Shown: positions 11,352-24,529, counted from the first letter of the whole stretch. The stretch is DNA of 62,897 nucleotides, filler included, from Rhabdomonas costata (GCA_019059605.1; 50 parts of 50 records of this genome joined end to end with filler, not necessarily neighbours in it); one strand, 5' to 3'. Numbers and translations: made by a program. The notes: generated from the sequence alone by a model not told the origin.

Positions 11352-12307
11352 GTTTTGGGGTGGATCGCGAAGCTGGAGGAGGCCAACGAGGCTGGGGGCT
11401 CACGCGCCTCGGAATGCACCCTGGTCCTCACCGAGGGTGACTCTGCCAAGGCACGCCTCTGCCTCTGTGCTCGAGGCTTTGCCTTTCCATGCTCCGCGCA
11501 GAACCGCATGACCGGCTGTTCTAGCTCTGCGGCTGTAGAATCGAATGTAGGCAGATGGAGCCAAGGAAATGATCAGATGGGAACACACGGAGTTTGATGA
11601 AATTGAGTGGATTTGCTGATGCGAATTTGTGATGTAAATTCGCTCGCCCACGTGGCTCATTAAGCGATTAACCGCTCTCTCGTGCCATTGTCTCAAGTCT
11701 TTCTCGCTCTCTCGCTCTCTCGCTCTCTCTCTCTCTCTCTCTTACACGCACATTCACTTACACATCGGAAGGTGCAGCCTTCACAAAGAAAACCCAAAGG
11801 CTATGACATATACCTTGAATTGACATTCTGTTTCATGCGACGCTCTGTTTTTCTTTTCAGACTTTGGCGATCTCGGGCTTCTCCGTTGTGGGTCGAGACT
11901 TTTGGTGCCGAACTGCCCTCCCCCTCAACTTTTTTGGTTACTTGGATCGTTCAAGCAAAACAGGAACGACCTTTGTACTTCCTCTGGTCGTTCCATCATT
12001 AACAGATATTTGCCTATGGTTCTTCGGTTCTTCCTCAGTCATACCGTAACTTCTTCACTGTGTTGGAAGGCAATCTGCTGCTTCCCGATGGTCCAGATTA
12101 GTTTTAAATGATCGGCGAGATCCTCTTGCGCGTTTCCTTGTGCTGCTGCCTCTATTTTCTCTTGGCACCTCCGAGATGCCCCATCTACCCAGGGAATGTG
12201 TGGTCGCCCACAGGGGTGTGTTTCCACTGAGGGGGAAGTTACTCAATGTTCGGGAGGCCAACCCTGCCACCATCCTGAAGAACGCAGAGATCCAAAATAT
12301 CATGAAG
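11352..12307 (+). CDS. TOP2: DNA topoisomerase II TOPRIM region; exons ~11352-11450, 11861-11904, 12214-12307
   Basis: KLEEANEAGG...CTLVLTEGDSAK|TLAISGFSVVGRDFW|GVFPLRGKLLNVREA...KNAEIQNIMK; EGDSA and PLRGK motifs; GC-AG intron 11451-11860, GT-AG intron 11905-12213. Confidence 0.95.
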
Positions 12308-12959
12308 GTGTGTCCGTGCGGGACCACGCACGCCGCCAGCTGCGAGGCATAGCACGCTGGACCATGACATGAAAACGTCCCCCTGCGCATGTGATTTGTG
12401 TGAAGAACTGTTCTCCATGCGCTGCGTGTTGTTTTCACTGCTTCGCTGAATGGTGGTAATTTCCTGTGCGTAATCCCTACCATGGGCTGGGCGCAGATCT
12501 TACCACCACACANNNNNNNNNNNNNNNNNNNNNNNNNNNNNNNNNNNNNNNNNNNNTTAATTAATTAANNNNNNNNNNNNNNNNNNNNNNNNNNNNNNNN
12601 NNNNNNNNNNNNAAGTTGTGGGGGCTCCACGCGCATCCAAGGTGGCTGTGTGTCATAATCGGAAACGGGAACGAATTTTGTACACCGCACTGGACTCAAT
12701 AACTTCCGGGACACAAACTTGGCGGCAATAAAAATGGCAACCTTTGCCAAATCAGTTCCAGGAGACCCAAAAGCTCTTTAAAAGCTGTTGTTTCCTCACA
12801 TCTTGTTTGTATCGCCCTTGTTTGCTTGCTTTTTTCCTCCACCGTTGTCAGTTGCATCTGTCCATCTCAAAGCATAGTTGAATCAAATCACAGTTTGCAC
12901 AGTTTTCAGTCGGTCTAGCTGCGTCCACCCCGTTCCCCTCCGCCGTTTCTTCGATCTCC

Positions 12960-13311
12960 ATGGCCATGTCTCTCGAGGACGTTCGTACTCTCCTCCGAGA
13001 ACAATCCATCTCCATGACCAATGCCTTGGAGACAAGCAATGCCCAGAATCTGGAATTTCAATCAGAACTCCTCGGATTTGCTCAAGCAATTTAAGAGTCG
13101 AGAACAGGCAGACCGCAGCCGACAAGCGGCAGATCAGCCGAGGGCCCCCATCCCGCGACAGGTGGAATGTACGCCGCAAATAACCCGCACTTTCCCGAGT
13201 GGGAAGGCAATTGGGCAGGACTCCTCCAGTGGTTGCATCAAGTCGAGCAGATCAAACGAAACAAGCAGCTGCCGGACCAGGTTGCAGTCCGGTACGCCCG
13301 GCATGCCAGGG
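12960..13311 (+). mobile_element. Degenerate LTR-retrotransposon gag-like ORF (frameshifted)
   Basis: Coiled-coil MAMSLEDVRTLLREQ... then, in another frame, FPEWEGNWAGLLQWLHQVEQIKRNKQLPDQVAVRYA (FxG...WLxxVE...xxYA capsid-like pattern); intronless and frame-broken. Confidence 0.5.
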
Positions 13312-14364
13312 GTAGTGTCACGGCCCAGATCACGTAGGTGAGACAAGAGAGAGAAGTCATGTAGTTGTGGCTAGAGAAGTGTATGGAGCAGTTCAGAAGA
13401 GAAAAAGAGAGGCAATGTCTTGAGAGAGATGGAAGCGAAGGATGCAAGCAAGGAAAAGTGCAGCGAGGGAAGGCGTGGATTCCAGAGCGGATGAGACCAA
13501 GAGAAGACAGCGGATGAGATCAAGAGGTGATGTGAGGGCAGCGGAGCATTGCATCGAGCGAGGTTCGAGCGGAGAGTTTTGTCTGAGTTTGTTTTCAGCA
13601 GGATTCGAAGGAGAAAGACGGCGGGCCAGTTCATCATTTTAGCAACAGAACCTATGGCGACAGTAAACGTCAGAGAAGGCCCCACTGTCGACAGAAGCAC
13701 TCCGCTACGCACCTGAGTTTTATGGACCGCTTTTGTCCTATGAGTTGAAGAAGTCAACCAGCTCACACAAAAANNNNNNNNNNNNNNNNNNNNNNNNNNN
13801 NNNNNNNNNNNNNNNNNTTAATTAATTAANNNNNNNNNNNNNNNNNNNNNNNNNNNNNNNNNNNNNNNNNNNNTGTTTTTGTTCAGTCAATCTATTGAGG
13901 AAAGTGCCCAGCCGTAATCTTTTTTAGGCGGACCAAGATATTGTTATTGTTTTTGGGACCGAAGGGCAGAAGGCCACAGTGCGCTGAGGGGTGTAGGGGG
14001 TGGGTGCGGCGGATTTTATGGGTTTTTTAAACATCTTCGATGACTTGGAATTCTCAGCAAAAGTAGCGGTGGTCCGATAAGCTAATTCTTATCGAACCCC
14101 GACTGGTCGAGCTTTGCTATCGGACCGCCGATAGCACATGCCATTGGCTCGGTCTTTTGGGCCGACCCAGGGTCCCAAGTGTGGGCCACCAGAGCCAGGT
14201 GCTAAAGCGTGTGCCGGAGTTAGCGTTTGCAAAAGCCACCTCGGGACTTTGGGTCGGTAGCGTTTGCTACGCAAAGGGGGGCCATAACGAATCGGTCCCG
14301 AAAGAACTGTGGGTGGGCAAGCCTTCGGTAGCCCTTGGAACCACGGTAGGCCGTTCCTTTGCAG

Positions 14365-15010
14365 GTATTTGGAAGTTCGGAAACTGGACTAACTTTGCCC
14401 ACAAGCGACGTTGACTTCATGGTTGAAGGACTCACTCCTGAAACTGCGGGGGGAACTTTTCATCTGGAAGAGTTGTACAACGCGCTGAGGGAAGTTGGGA
14501 TGGAGAATGTCCGTGTTTTGCCTCATGCCATGGTACTTCCGTGTGTGTGTGGGTTCCTACCAAGCTTTTTTATGTACGTGTTTTTACTTCGCCCGTCGAT
14601 CTTTTAGGTTCCACTGGTGAAGTTCATGGATAACCAAACCAAGCTCTTTGCCGACGTTAGCTTTGGTGTCCCGAATGCCTCGGAGAGTGTTCAACTCACG
14701 CGCAGTTTCCTGAAAAAGTACCCTCATGCCCTGCCCCTGATTGTCGTTTTGAAGACTCTGTTGCGGCAAAACCACTTGAACATTGTGCACCGAGGGGGCC
14801 TAAGCTCCTATGCGGTGACGCTTCTCGTGGTAAGTTATTTGAAGATGCGCGAAAACGAGGTTCTTCAGAGGCGCAAGATCGCCAGCGATCGGTCAAGCAC
14901 ACCAGCGGCCTTCCTTCACAAGTCAAAGGACTTGGCGCTGCACGGAGAGGCTGTCGCCATAGTCGAGCAGGTCGAGGACAACGGCAGTGCTGAGGAAGGG
15001 GGACGAACAG
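14365..15010 (+). CDS. Non-canonical poly(A) polymerase, TRF4/PAPD5-like; exons 14365-14532, 14608-~15010
   Basis: VFGSSETGLTLPTSDVDF (GS..DxD), VPLVKF, ADVSF and GGLSSYAVTLLVVSYL; 75-nt GT-AG intron. Confidence 0.9.
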
Positions 15011-15134
15011 GTGACCCGCTGGACCCCACCAACCNNNNNNNNNNNNNNNNNNNNNNNNNNNNNNNNNNNNNNNNNNNNTTAATTAATTAANNNNNNNNNN
15101 NNNNNNNNNNNNNNNNNNNNNNNNNNNNNNNNNN

Positions 15135-15896
15135 GGGGGGGGGTGGACGGCTTGGAAGCCACACGGCACCTCAAGGCGGACCCCCGGTACGCCACCGTGC
15201 CCGTGGTGGGGATCCAGCACTACAGCGGGATCGTCTCCGCCCACGAGCAGGCGCGTGCCCACGAGGGAAAGATCGGGAGGCTGTTTCATGACGTCGCGTC
15301 GGCTGAAAAATCCATCAGAACAAAAGAGTTGCAAGAAAATAGAATAGAAAGGGATGTGTTCTTGGAGCTTAGCTGATTCATTCCTCCTCTGAAATTTTTT
15401 TCTGCGGCAATTATTATGGGCCGGTGCTTGACAGGATTTGGCTTTAGGTTTGACCTGTTTGATTCCAGCTTCAAGAACTCGCATTTCATCCCAGCCATTT
15501 CAGTATTGCTTGATGGTTGCTATCGAGCCGTACCACTTCCCACATCCGATTTCCAGCGGAGAGCTGCACAATGAATTCTGTTGCATCGCCCACCTCACCT
15601 GATAAGGAGATTTGCATTAACGTTCACGATTTCGGACTTCTACAGCCAAATAGTCGTCTGAAAACTTTTTCGCTGCTTTACACATCACAAGGGGCCCCTT
15701 TTCCTTTGTGCTTGTCGGAGTACTCACTTTTTTGACCTGACGCGGAACTCTTCGTGGGTCTACGTGGTCGTAGATGCGGAACTTGGATGTTTAGCCCCTC
15801 AGCACCGCCACTCTGCCACAGGTGATCCTGCAACGGGAGCCTCGCAACCCCTACGACAGCAACGCTATTGCCGTGTATAACGTCACGAACTGCCAG
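15135..15896 (+). CDS. HIRAN domain (HLTF/Rad5-like); exons ~15135-15250, 15822-15896
   Basis: VPVVGIQHYSGIVSAHEQ|VILQREPRNPYDSNAIAVYNVTNCQ matches HIRAN (VVGLRYY...LQRDPNNPYDKNAIKV); GC-AG intron 15251-15821. Confidence 0.88.
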
Positions 15897-18171
15897 GTGG
15901 GTTTCCGATCTGTGACCTTTCGGCTTCTTTGTGCTGCACCCCGATCTGCGGTCTCATCCACTCCATCCGTCAATCTCGCATCTGCCCACTTTCGTATTCT
16001 CTTCTCTTCTAAAATGCGCTTTCGTACTTACAAGGCGTTTTTGCTTTCACATTCTGCTCCACCGGTGTTGTTGTTTGTTGCCGGAGCCGTTTGTTTTGCC
16101 GTCAGAGTTGCAAGTTGCTTCGACTCAGGCGGTTACTTCTGCAACCTTGAGATTTTTTCGAAATGGTCTTTACCTGCTCAAGGGAAATGGAAGGGTTAGT
16201 ATTGTATTATGGACATCACCGTATCACTGATTCGATTTGTCAGTTCACCTCCCAACTTGTCCGTGCAGACCTGCCTCGCTAGTGCCCCCCCCAACNNNNN
16301 NNNNNNNNNNNNNNNNNNNNNNNNNNNNNNNNNNNNNNNTTAATTAATTAANNNNNNNNNNNNNNNNNNNNNNNNNNNNNNNNNNNNNNNNNNNNGGTGT
16401 GTGGATCCTTGAAGAGAACACCAGAGCAATCAAAGCCGCCGCCGCAACCTTTTAGCGATGGGTGAAGAGCTGCCTCGAGGGCGTCGAGGAGGGAGTCCGG
16501 TCGTGGGGGCGCCACAGCATGGGCTCATGAAGGCCCTGTGGGGCGAAGAGGCTGGCGAGGAGTTGGGAAGAAGCTTGCGGCGCTTTGCCGCGCCAGCAAA
16601 AGGGTCTGCTGGCCCCACCGCTTTGCTCGCCTCGCACGAAGACACGAGCGGCCGCTTCACACTTTTTGTTTTGGCATTAATAGCTGTGTGCGCGCGTGTG
16701 GGGGTGGACAGTCACATGGCGAAAGGTTCATTTACTGCTGGCTGTTCTCTGTTTGGATGAGAATGATGGTGCCAACATGACTCTCCCAAAGTGTTCGGAA
16801 CCGTAATTCAAGACCCATTCGCATGAGCAAAGGAAAAATAAGCACATTATCGTGCTGACAACGAACGTCACCACCACAGAAAAAACAATTGGATGCCACA
16901 GGGACAAAACTGACGCGTGGGGCAAAACAGAGACATGTGAAAGACGCGTGTCCGCGACGGAGTGGCTGTTACAATCGTGGCACCAACAAAAGCGCCTGAG
17001 GCAGAGGCAAACACTGAGGAGAGAGCGGGGACAATGAGGGAGGGAGGGAGGGGGTTTGGCGCCGGGCACCTGCAGGACTTCTGTTGTCTCCCCTGCAGCA
17101 CCTCCTGTGCAAAGCAGTGCATCACTAAAGGAGTTCACCTCGACAAGTAACACAGCGCACGGGGGAGGGGAGAATGCCATTGAAAGGAGACGTTCGAAAA
17201 GATGCTGTGACTCTTGTTTTGAAACCCGCGGGGGCATGCGGTGTGTATCGACCATCAGGTTTCGGGTTCCAATAAACGGTTCACTGCGCGAGATCGTCAC
17301 AGTCCGGGGGTAAGTGTGGAAAACAATGATAAACAAAAAGCATCTCACCGAAAGCCAAAATCGCACATCGCATTTCAACATGCTCACTTCAGCGAGGCGC
17401 AATTGTATAGAGAAGGACCGCCATCGGACAACCGGAGTCCCTCCCAGGTGATCGTGCAGCAACAGCAAAACGAAGAGAACCCACTTCCCCTCCCAAACAC
17501 ACCACGCTGGGCCTGGGCACACACGAGGGTCCAGGGGACAGCATCACCCCAACCCCNNNNNNNNNNNNNNNNNNNNNNNNNNNNNNNNNNNNNNNNNNNN
17601 TTAATTAATTAANNNNNNNNNNNNNNNNNNNNNNNNNNNNNNNNNNNNNNNNNNNNGGATGCACGATTGCCTGAAAAAAGGGAATTCGCAGATTTGCAGT
17701 TCCATTCTTGGTTCTTCATAAATCAACGTCCTTCACAAAGGTGGTGTGTACCGGGGTTGCTGGCGTCCTTGGCCTGTTCGAGGTCCAGAGGGCGCTCCAG
17801 AGAAGCCGGGAAGATCTTTTTGGAGAGTGTGAGGTGAAAGGGGTGAACTCTGGGTTGAGCAGCTGGATGATCTGTTGTCTTCCTGGAGTGACTGGCGGAG
17901 TGGTTGAGTCATCATCAGCAAGGCACCATCTCCGCCTGCCTTGGACGTAGGGTGGAGGTCGACTTTTTGTGGGATGCTTCGCATGTGGATCGGAAGCTGA
18001 AAAACAACCTTGCCAGCATCTCTGGGTGGGGAGTCCGATCTTGCAGTCGTCTTGATTTCACGTTTCCGCATCATAAGGCTCGCTCACTTCCGAAGGGGTT
18101 GGGGTTGGGTCGAAAACCAACCTCACAACAGAAACAAATGCCATCATGCATGGGACGGAGGCGGAACATAC

Positions 18172-18817
18172 GTTCTTCAGGAAGCCATCGGGCAGGTTGG
18201 GGTCCCGAAGCTTGTCCCAGAACTCCGTCGCGTTGTCAGGGAATGTCCCCTCCCCATACGTGGAGCACACCATCAGAACGTTGGTCTCCTGTGGAGACAT
18301 AATACCCTTGTAACGGATCCCTTAAAGCCCACGCCCCAATCTTCGATCTTCCATCGAATTATGCAGTGTTGTCATGGGGCGTCCGAACGGCCAGAATTGG
18401 AAGAAGTTTCGGATATTTCGCCCTAGAAGAGGCGAAGAAAAACACGACGCTTGTGAAATGCTAAGGCCCATCGCTAATTGAAAGCACATCCATATACGCG
18501 CAAAAGAAGATCGCCAATAACACACAACACAACGTACATAAGCACACTCTTCACCAAAATCACACAAATAGGGCACAATCGCAACAGGTCGAGACCTGCC
18601 GAGGTGCACACGCTCATACGCACCTTGGGCAGATCAGCGAAGTTGTAGGAGTTCATCGGCATGCACCGGACCTTGGCACCCGGCTTGCGGCGCTCGTACT
18701 GCTCCTTGAGCTGCCGCGCAGCGCCAGCCGCCGTCCCGCCCTGAGACCCGAACAGCACCAGCACCCCAGAGCCAGCGGCGTGCTCCTTGCGGTGCGAGGC
18801 GTGCGCCGCGACCACAA
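18172..18817 (-). CDS. Flavodoxin (FMN) domain of a diflavin reductase (CPR/PNO/sulfite-reductase type); exons 18817-18624, 18288-18172
   Basis: VLVLFGSQGGTAAGAA...ADLPK|ETNVLMVCSTYGEGTFPDNATEFW...GFLKN; both FMN loops present; GT-AG intron. Confidence 0.85.
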
Positions 18818-19301
18818 NNNNNNNNNNNNNNNNNNNNNNNNNNNNNNNNNNNNNNNNNNNNTTAATTAATTAANNNNNNNNNNNNNNNNNNNNNNNNNNN
18901 NNNNNNNNNNNNNNNNNCTTCTATTGGAATCCCATGGGGCACATGCATCGCCTCCTAACCCTCTGCAAAAGCTTCAATTCGAATCCCACGGGGCACGTGC
19001 ATCGCCTCCTAACTCCGGATGTATAATGTGTATTATAGCTATAATGGGGTAATATAGCTCTTAGACTATAATGAAATTATACTATGTTATCATTATACGA
19101 GGCGTATAATGGTATTATTTATAGCACAATGAAATTATAGTATAATTTCATAATGCTCATTATACGGGCACCCCCCTCCCCAAGTATCATTTCTCCGTTG
19201 TTTTTGCCTCATCGTTAATACTTTTACCGCAGGCTGGTTGGTGCCCAGTTTCCCAACGAAGTGTTGGACGTTGTTCTGAGGTGCTTCCGTGCTGTCTGCA
19301 G

Positions 19302-19438
19302 GGCACTTCGGTCCCATCAACTCCGTGGCCATTTCTCCCGACGGCCGGGGGTTTGCCACGGGGGGAGAGGATGGTTTTGTCCGGCTCCACCACTTCGACC
19401 CGGACTACTTCAAGAACTCGGACAAGTACGCCGCCTGA
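19302..19438 (+). CDS. EIF3I: eIF3 subunit i (TIF34), terminal exon
   Basis: [45 protein letters not shown] is the hallmark eIF3i C-terminus; CTGCAG acceptor. Confidence 0.93.
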
Positions 19439-21508
19439 GAGCCCCTTCTTCGAAGGAACACGCGCCCCCCGTAGATCCGCGGCCGGGGTGACTCCGCCCC
19501 TTTTGTTGTTGTTTTTTGGCAGTGCTGTGGACATGGTGGGAGTGGTTGCCTGAAAATACAGCGATGGTACCCACTGCTTCTTTTTATGACGCACACTTTG
19601 AGGTTCAGCTTCACTTCTTCCAGGTTCCCGTGGGGCACGTGGTGCCAGGTGCCATGAGCCTGATTCAATATTCTGAGATCAGGCCTGATCCGATGTCATG
19701 GAAACCATTCAGCTTGAAGCGGTGGTTCTGGTATGAATGGGGCAGCGGCATGCCTACTAATTCCGTGAAGCTCGTGGTGAAGTGGAAACTGGAGCTCTAT
19801 CCGCGTCCTCAGAGGAAAAAAGGTTGTAATAAAAAGACAGGTTTTTTTGTGATGATAAAGAACGGATTTTTTTTTGTTTTTGAAGAAAAACACTTGGTTT
19901 TTCTACAGCCCCCAAGCAGCGGCCATACTTTTAGGCCATGCTTTCAAGCGAACTCTTGCCACTGTGCAATGCAAATGTGCGTGTTGGATTGCGCCAGAAA
20001 AAGACCACGCTCTCCTGCAGGTTTCTTTCTTACTTTGCTTTTCTCCTTCTCTCCCGTCGCTGTCCCTCACCCCCAACNNNNNNNNNNNNNNNNNNNNNNN
20101 NNNNNNNNNNNNNNNNNNNNNTTAATTAATTAANNNNNNNNNNNNNNNNNNNNNNNNNNNNNNNNNNNNNNNNNNNNGGGTTGGGAAATTGTAGACCGTT
20201 TAGCACTGCTAAACGGTCTACAATTTCCTAACCCCTTAAATTAAATCAAAAATATTCAAATTAAAAATGTCTGCATAGGGGGAAGAAAAGCAGTGTCCAT
20301 TCTTCTAAAGGCATTTAGAAGCCGACACAGTCTACACAACCTCCTGTGTCCTAAAAATAAGATTTCAAAAAATGTGTTTGATTCGGACGTTTAGCCCCGC
20401 TGCGCCGCGGCGCTGGCCTTCGCACCTAAACTAATGAAGTCCCTGTATGTATTGCCAACTCCTGGGAGCCGTTTATCGCCTTTGCGTGCTGCAAGGCTCT
20501 GCAAATCTTCCGGGGGTGGGCGGCAATTGTCCCCGACAAGGTGTCAGGCCCGATGGGCCCATATGCCTCATCGAAAGGTGGGAGCCCGGGGGGAAGTGGA
20601 CCTCGAGTCCTCCCCAGATAAAAGTCACCCTGACCAAGTGTACCAAGAGTGTGTGTTTGTGTTCGCGAAATTGCTTTTGATTTCATTTTCCTTTTGAGTC
20701 TTCTGGGTCTTCTACATGATGCGTGCTTGCAGTGTGTGTTTTCCTTCCCATCAGCGGCTTATTCACCGCGGAGGGTGCCCCAGAACCGCGGAGGCTCCGT
20801 CAGGTTGTTGCACTTTGAGTGGCCCCTCGTGGTGTCTTTGTCGCCTTCCGGTGGCTGTGCCCGGAATAGGAAAAAAGGAATTTATTCCGAATGGGCAATG
20901 GCAGCCTGCAACCTTTTGTTCCCAGCTTTTTTGTGAGCTGAAGTCCGCCAGTCTGGGTAATCTGCCTCTCCAGGAGTGTGTGAGACATGAATGATTTCGT
21001 GTTTGACCGTGAACCCTCTGCATGGTGTTGTCAGGTGTCTCGTTATTTTTAGGCTCTTTAAACTTATTCTTTAATCAAGGTGAGGACGGCGAGCTCAGCT
21101 TGCTGAAGGAGGAGCTCAACACTTCCGTGCCCTGTTCCAAGGTGTGCTACACTGCAGAGAAGATGGGAAGGGGAGTTCTGTTCTTACCTGAAGCTGCCAT
21201 GGGGAAGCGGGGACTCCGGCGGCATTCAAATTAATTCCACCCCACAACAATAAGGGAAGATGGTACACTTTCGTGAACCAGGACTGGTTTACGTTTCGGG
21301 TGAGTCGAGTTTCAGTCTCACACCAATGGATAACAATTNNNNNNNNNNNNNNNNNNNNNNNNNNNNNNNNNNNNNNNNNNNNTTAATTAATTAANNNNNN
21401 NNNNNNNNNNNNNNNNNNNNNNNNNNNNNNNNNNNNNNGGGTTTGGGGACAAAAAATTTGGGATAAATTTTCCCCATCAAATGTTATGAGCTTCCTTTTT
21501 TTTTGCAG

Positions 21509-22353
21509 GACGGAAACTTAGACTGCCTGCGATACATCGTTGGTTCGATGCGTCACTTCCCGGAAGACCTGGAGGTGCAGTTGATCGCTTCATCCGCTTT
21601 GCTGCGATTGGCGACTGCTGCTGACGTGGACATCGGGCAGGGCCACGCCAAGCCCCCCGTTAGCCGTGAGGAAATATTCCTAAGTTCTGGGCTACCGCTA
21701 GTTTTTGCAGCCTTAAAGCAGTTTTCGTCATGCGATGAGCTAGTATTCGTGACTGTAGAACTTTTGGTCTTCTCCTCGCTGGGCAGGAGCAACACCCTGA
21801 GGCAAGCGTTGGCTCGCAACCAGGCAGTCGAGGTATCCATGCTGCTTTGCATCGTTTCCCAACTGGGCTGAAAAAACGAGTCTGAAGTTTTCGATTCTCT
21901 TTTTTTGTTGGTTCTCGACCACGATCAAAAGCGAAAGCGAACAAAGGCAGACAGTGACTTTTGTACTCTTTTACTTTTTCACGTTTCCCCACGTGTTTTT
22001 CGGTTAAATGATCAAAATGGGGTAATTTTTGAAAAGATTGAATGCCCCAACATCCTTTTTTCGTTCTTGAGGGGGTTGGCTCTAACAAAAGGTGCTCCTT
22101 TGGGCCATGCAGCGCTGCCCTGATAGGCCGGAGCTTCTGCTCCGATGTGTGCAAGCTTTGGGCTTTCTCAGCGCTGCCGAGGGGGTGGCAGCCTACTGTG
22201 CAGCGAAGGGAGCGGGGCCCTCCATTTTGACTGTAATTCGCCGCTTTCCGGAGTCTGAGGCCCTTGCCCTCGCAGGCTGTGAGGCCCTTTGGATGCTTCT
22301 GGCTGGCGAACCCCAGAACGTTGTGAAGTTGATGTCGTTCGATGTGGATAATG
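21509..22353 (+). CDS. Armadillo-repeat-like protein; exons 21509-21832, 22092-22353
   Basis: Repeated GxxxxIxxxMxxFPxxxxVQxxAxxAL helical units; AG/GT boundaries in phase. Confidence 0.7.
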
Positions 22354-24529
22354 GTGAGTTTTCTGTCTCTCTGCTGCCTGCCAAAAGTTTTCATGCTTCA
22401 TTAAAAGTATGGAAATACATCTGGCGCCACCGCGGGCACCCAAAGAGATTTTGACTCGACAAGGCTGCCCAAATCAAACAACAAACAAAAGACATCGCAC
22501 GAGCCCAGCTGCGCTCCGCAGTTGCACTTCCCCCTTCCGAAGCTACCCAGTGAAGGAGACGGCACATGCAGGGGATTCTCCAATTACACAAATGCAAAAN
22601 NNNNNNNNNNNNNNNNNNNNNNNNNNNNNNNNNNNNNNNNNNNTTAATTAATTAANNNNNNNNNNNNNNNNNNNNNNNNNNNNNNNNNNNNNNNNNNNNG
22701 GTTGTTGGTTATGAGACGAGTGTTTGCGAAGCAAACATGTTTCGCAACTTTCACCTCATCTCACCTCACAGATCAAATTACAAACTGTCCTTTGTGTGAA
22801 CCCTCTCCCTCAAACACGTTTCTGCCCACTATATACTAGCCACCTTGTGGCCTCGGCCTCTGTTATGAGACGAGTGTGCATTCATGCCTTCCTTACTTCC
22901 TGGAAAAACAGAAGGGTTACGTGACGGTGGTTCCGGAAAAGCAGCTGCAAAAAAGCTGCCCTGGTTTCGAATTCCCAAATCCCGCGAAATGCAGTGGTAG
23001 GCCGCGTCCTTTTGGATAGTTTCAGACGTTCACAAGAATTTCACTTCAATTTCTCATGCAATAGGTGAGAACAACAACATGGAACTTGACTATCAACCAA
23101 AAACGTTGTATACTTAGGGAATCCAGAAACGCGAGTTTTAACCTCATTAGGGGCTGGGCTAAAGATCTTGTCAAAGCCGTGCGACCCTGCGTGAAATGTC
23201 CTTTGTTCCCTGAACTATTCCAAACATCTTTGCACTGACTCGATCCTTTCATTATTATCCTGTCATTCCCCGCTTGCCCCCGCATGTTTTGTTCACTCCG
23301 TAGACTTATCTGGTTTGTTTTTGGTTTTGAAAATGAAGAAGTGATCTTGTTTTATCCCTAGACCGTTGATTTTTCTTTTTTGACCCTTCATTCAGCGTTT
23401 CTCGGCCCACCCCTTACAACTAATGGATTGTGTACAGCATTCCACGGAGTATGCGATGGCGCTGGAGGAAGAAAAAGGGATGGCTGGGGAGAGAGAGAAA
23501 CGGGGCAAGCGCGCAGAGAGGGGAGCAGGACGCACCAGGAGCTGGCCGCCCTAATAAATACCTCCGATAGCGCGCGCGTCCTCCTGGCGCCCTTCCACTG
23601 CGATTGCGGTGGAGGTGGATGCAGAACCTGAAGCTCTGGGTGATCAAACAACGAGTGGGCCGAGTAGCTGCGCTTCCCCCAGCTCCCCAGGGGGACCACC
23701 AGAGGCTGCAGCCCGTGCCGCCACCACACAGCCTCTACGAGCCGAAGAGGGGATCCTCTCTCCCCCTTAAGTGAGAGTGTCATCATCAAGGATCCGGCTC
23801 TAGGGGGACCCGAGCTCCTGCGCCACCACTTATTTCCACATTCCTCACTCAAAGAGAGAANNNNNNNNNNNNNNNNNNNNNNNNNNNNNNNNNNNNNNNN
23901 NNNNTTAATTAATTAANNNNNNNNNNNNNNNNNNNNNNNNNNNNNNNNNNNNNNNNNNNNCGTGCCCCCGAGAGCTTTTATAATTTTTGGCGGAGGGAAG
24001 GGGCACCAGCGGCAACTGGAGCGAACCAGGATCAACCGTCAATCGTTCAAGGACAGAGCATGCACAACTGCTGGGGTTCACCCAAGAACTCCCCCCCCCC
24101 CAGCATCGAACTTTTTTCATTTTCCCACTGCTAACAAAATCTGATCCAGTGCAGTTGTTTTTCGGCACTCTGGCGGAATAAACCCGCAAGTTTGAAGGTT
24201 TGGCTTGAAAAACGACTATTTGGACAGCGAACTTCTGACGCGGATGTGGGGGAGACGATCCTACACAGTGATCCTCACTGGCCCCCGCAGCGCTCGCTGC
24301 GCATGGTGACGATTCCGATTCCGGAAGCACGGCACTGAGCCTTAGATCGCCTTAGATCTTGGGCGGCTCTGCGACCCCATCATGGACATGGACAAAACTA
24401 CCACTGTGATCCCATGGCCACATATGCATCGCCTCCTAATCCTCAGCAAAATCCTCTTTTGGAATCCCACGGGACAGGTGGCCTTTAAAGTTGCGTGGGC
24501 TGATCCGCAACGCCCATGACAATGAAGAC

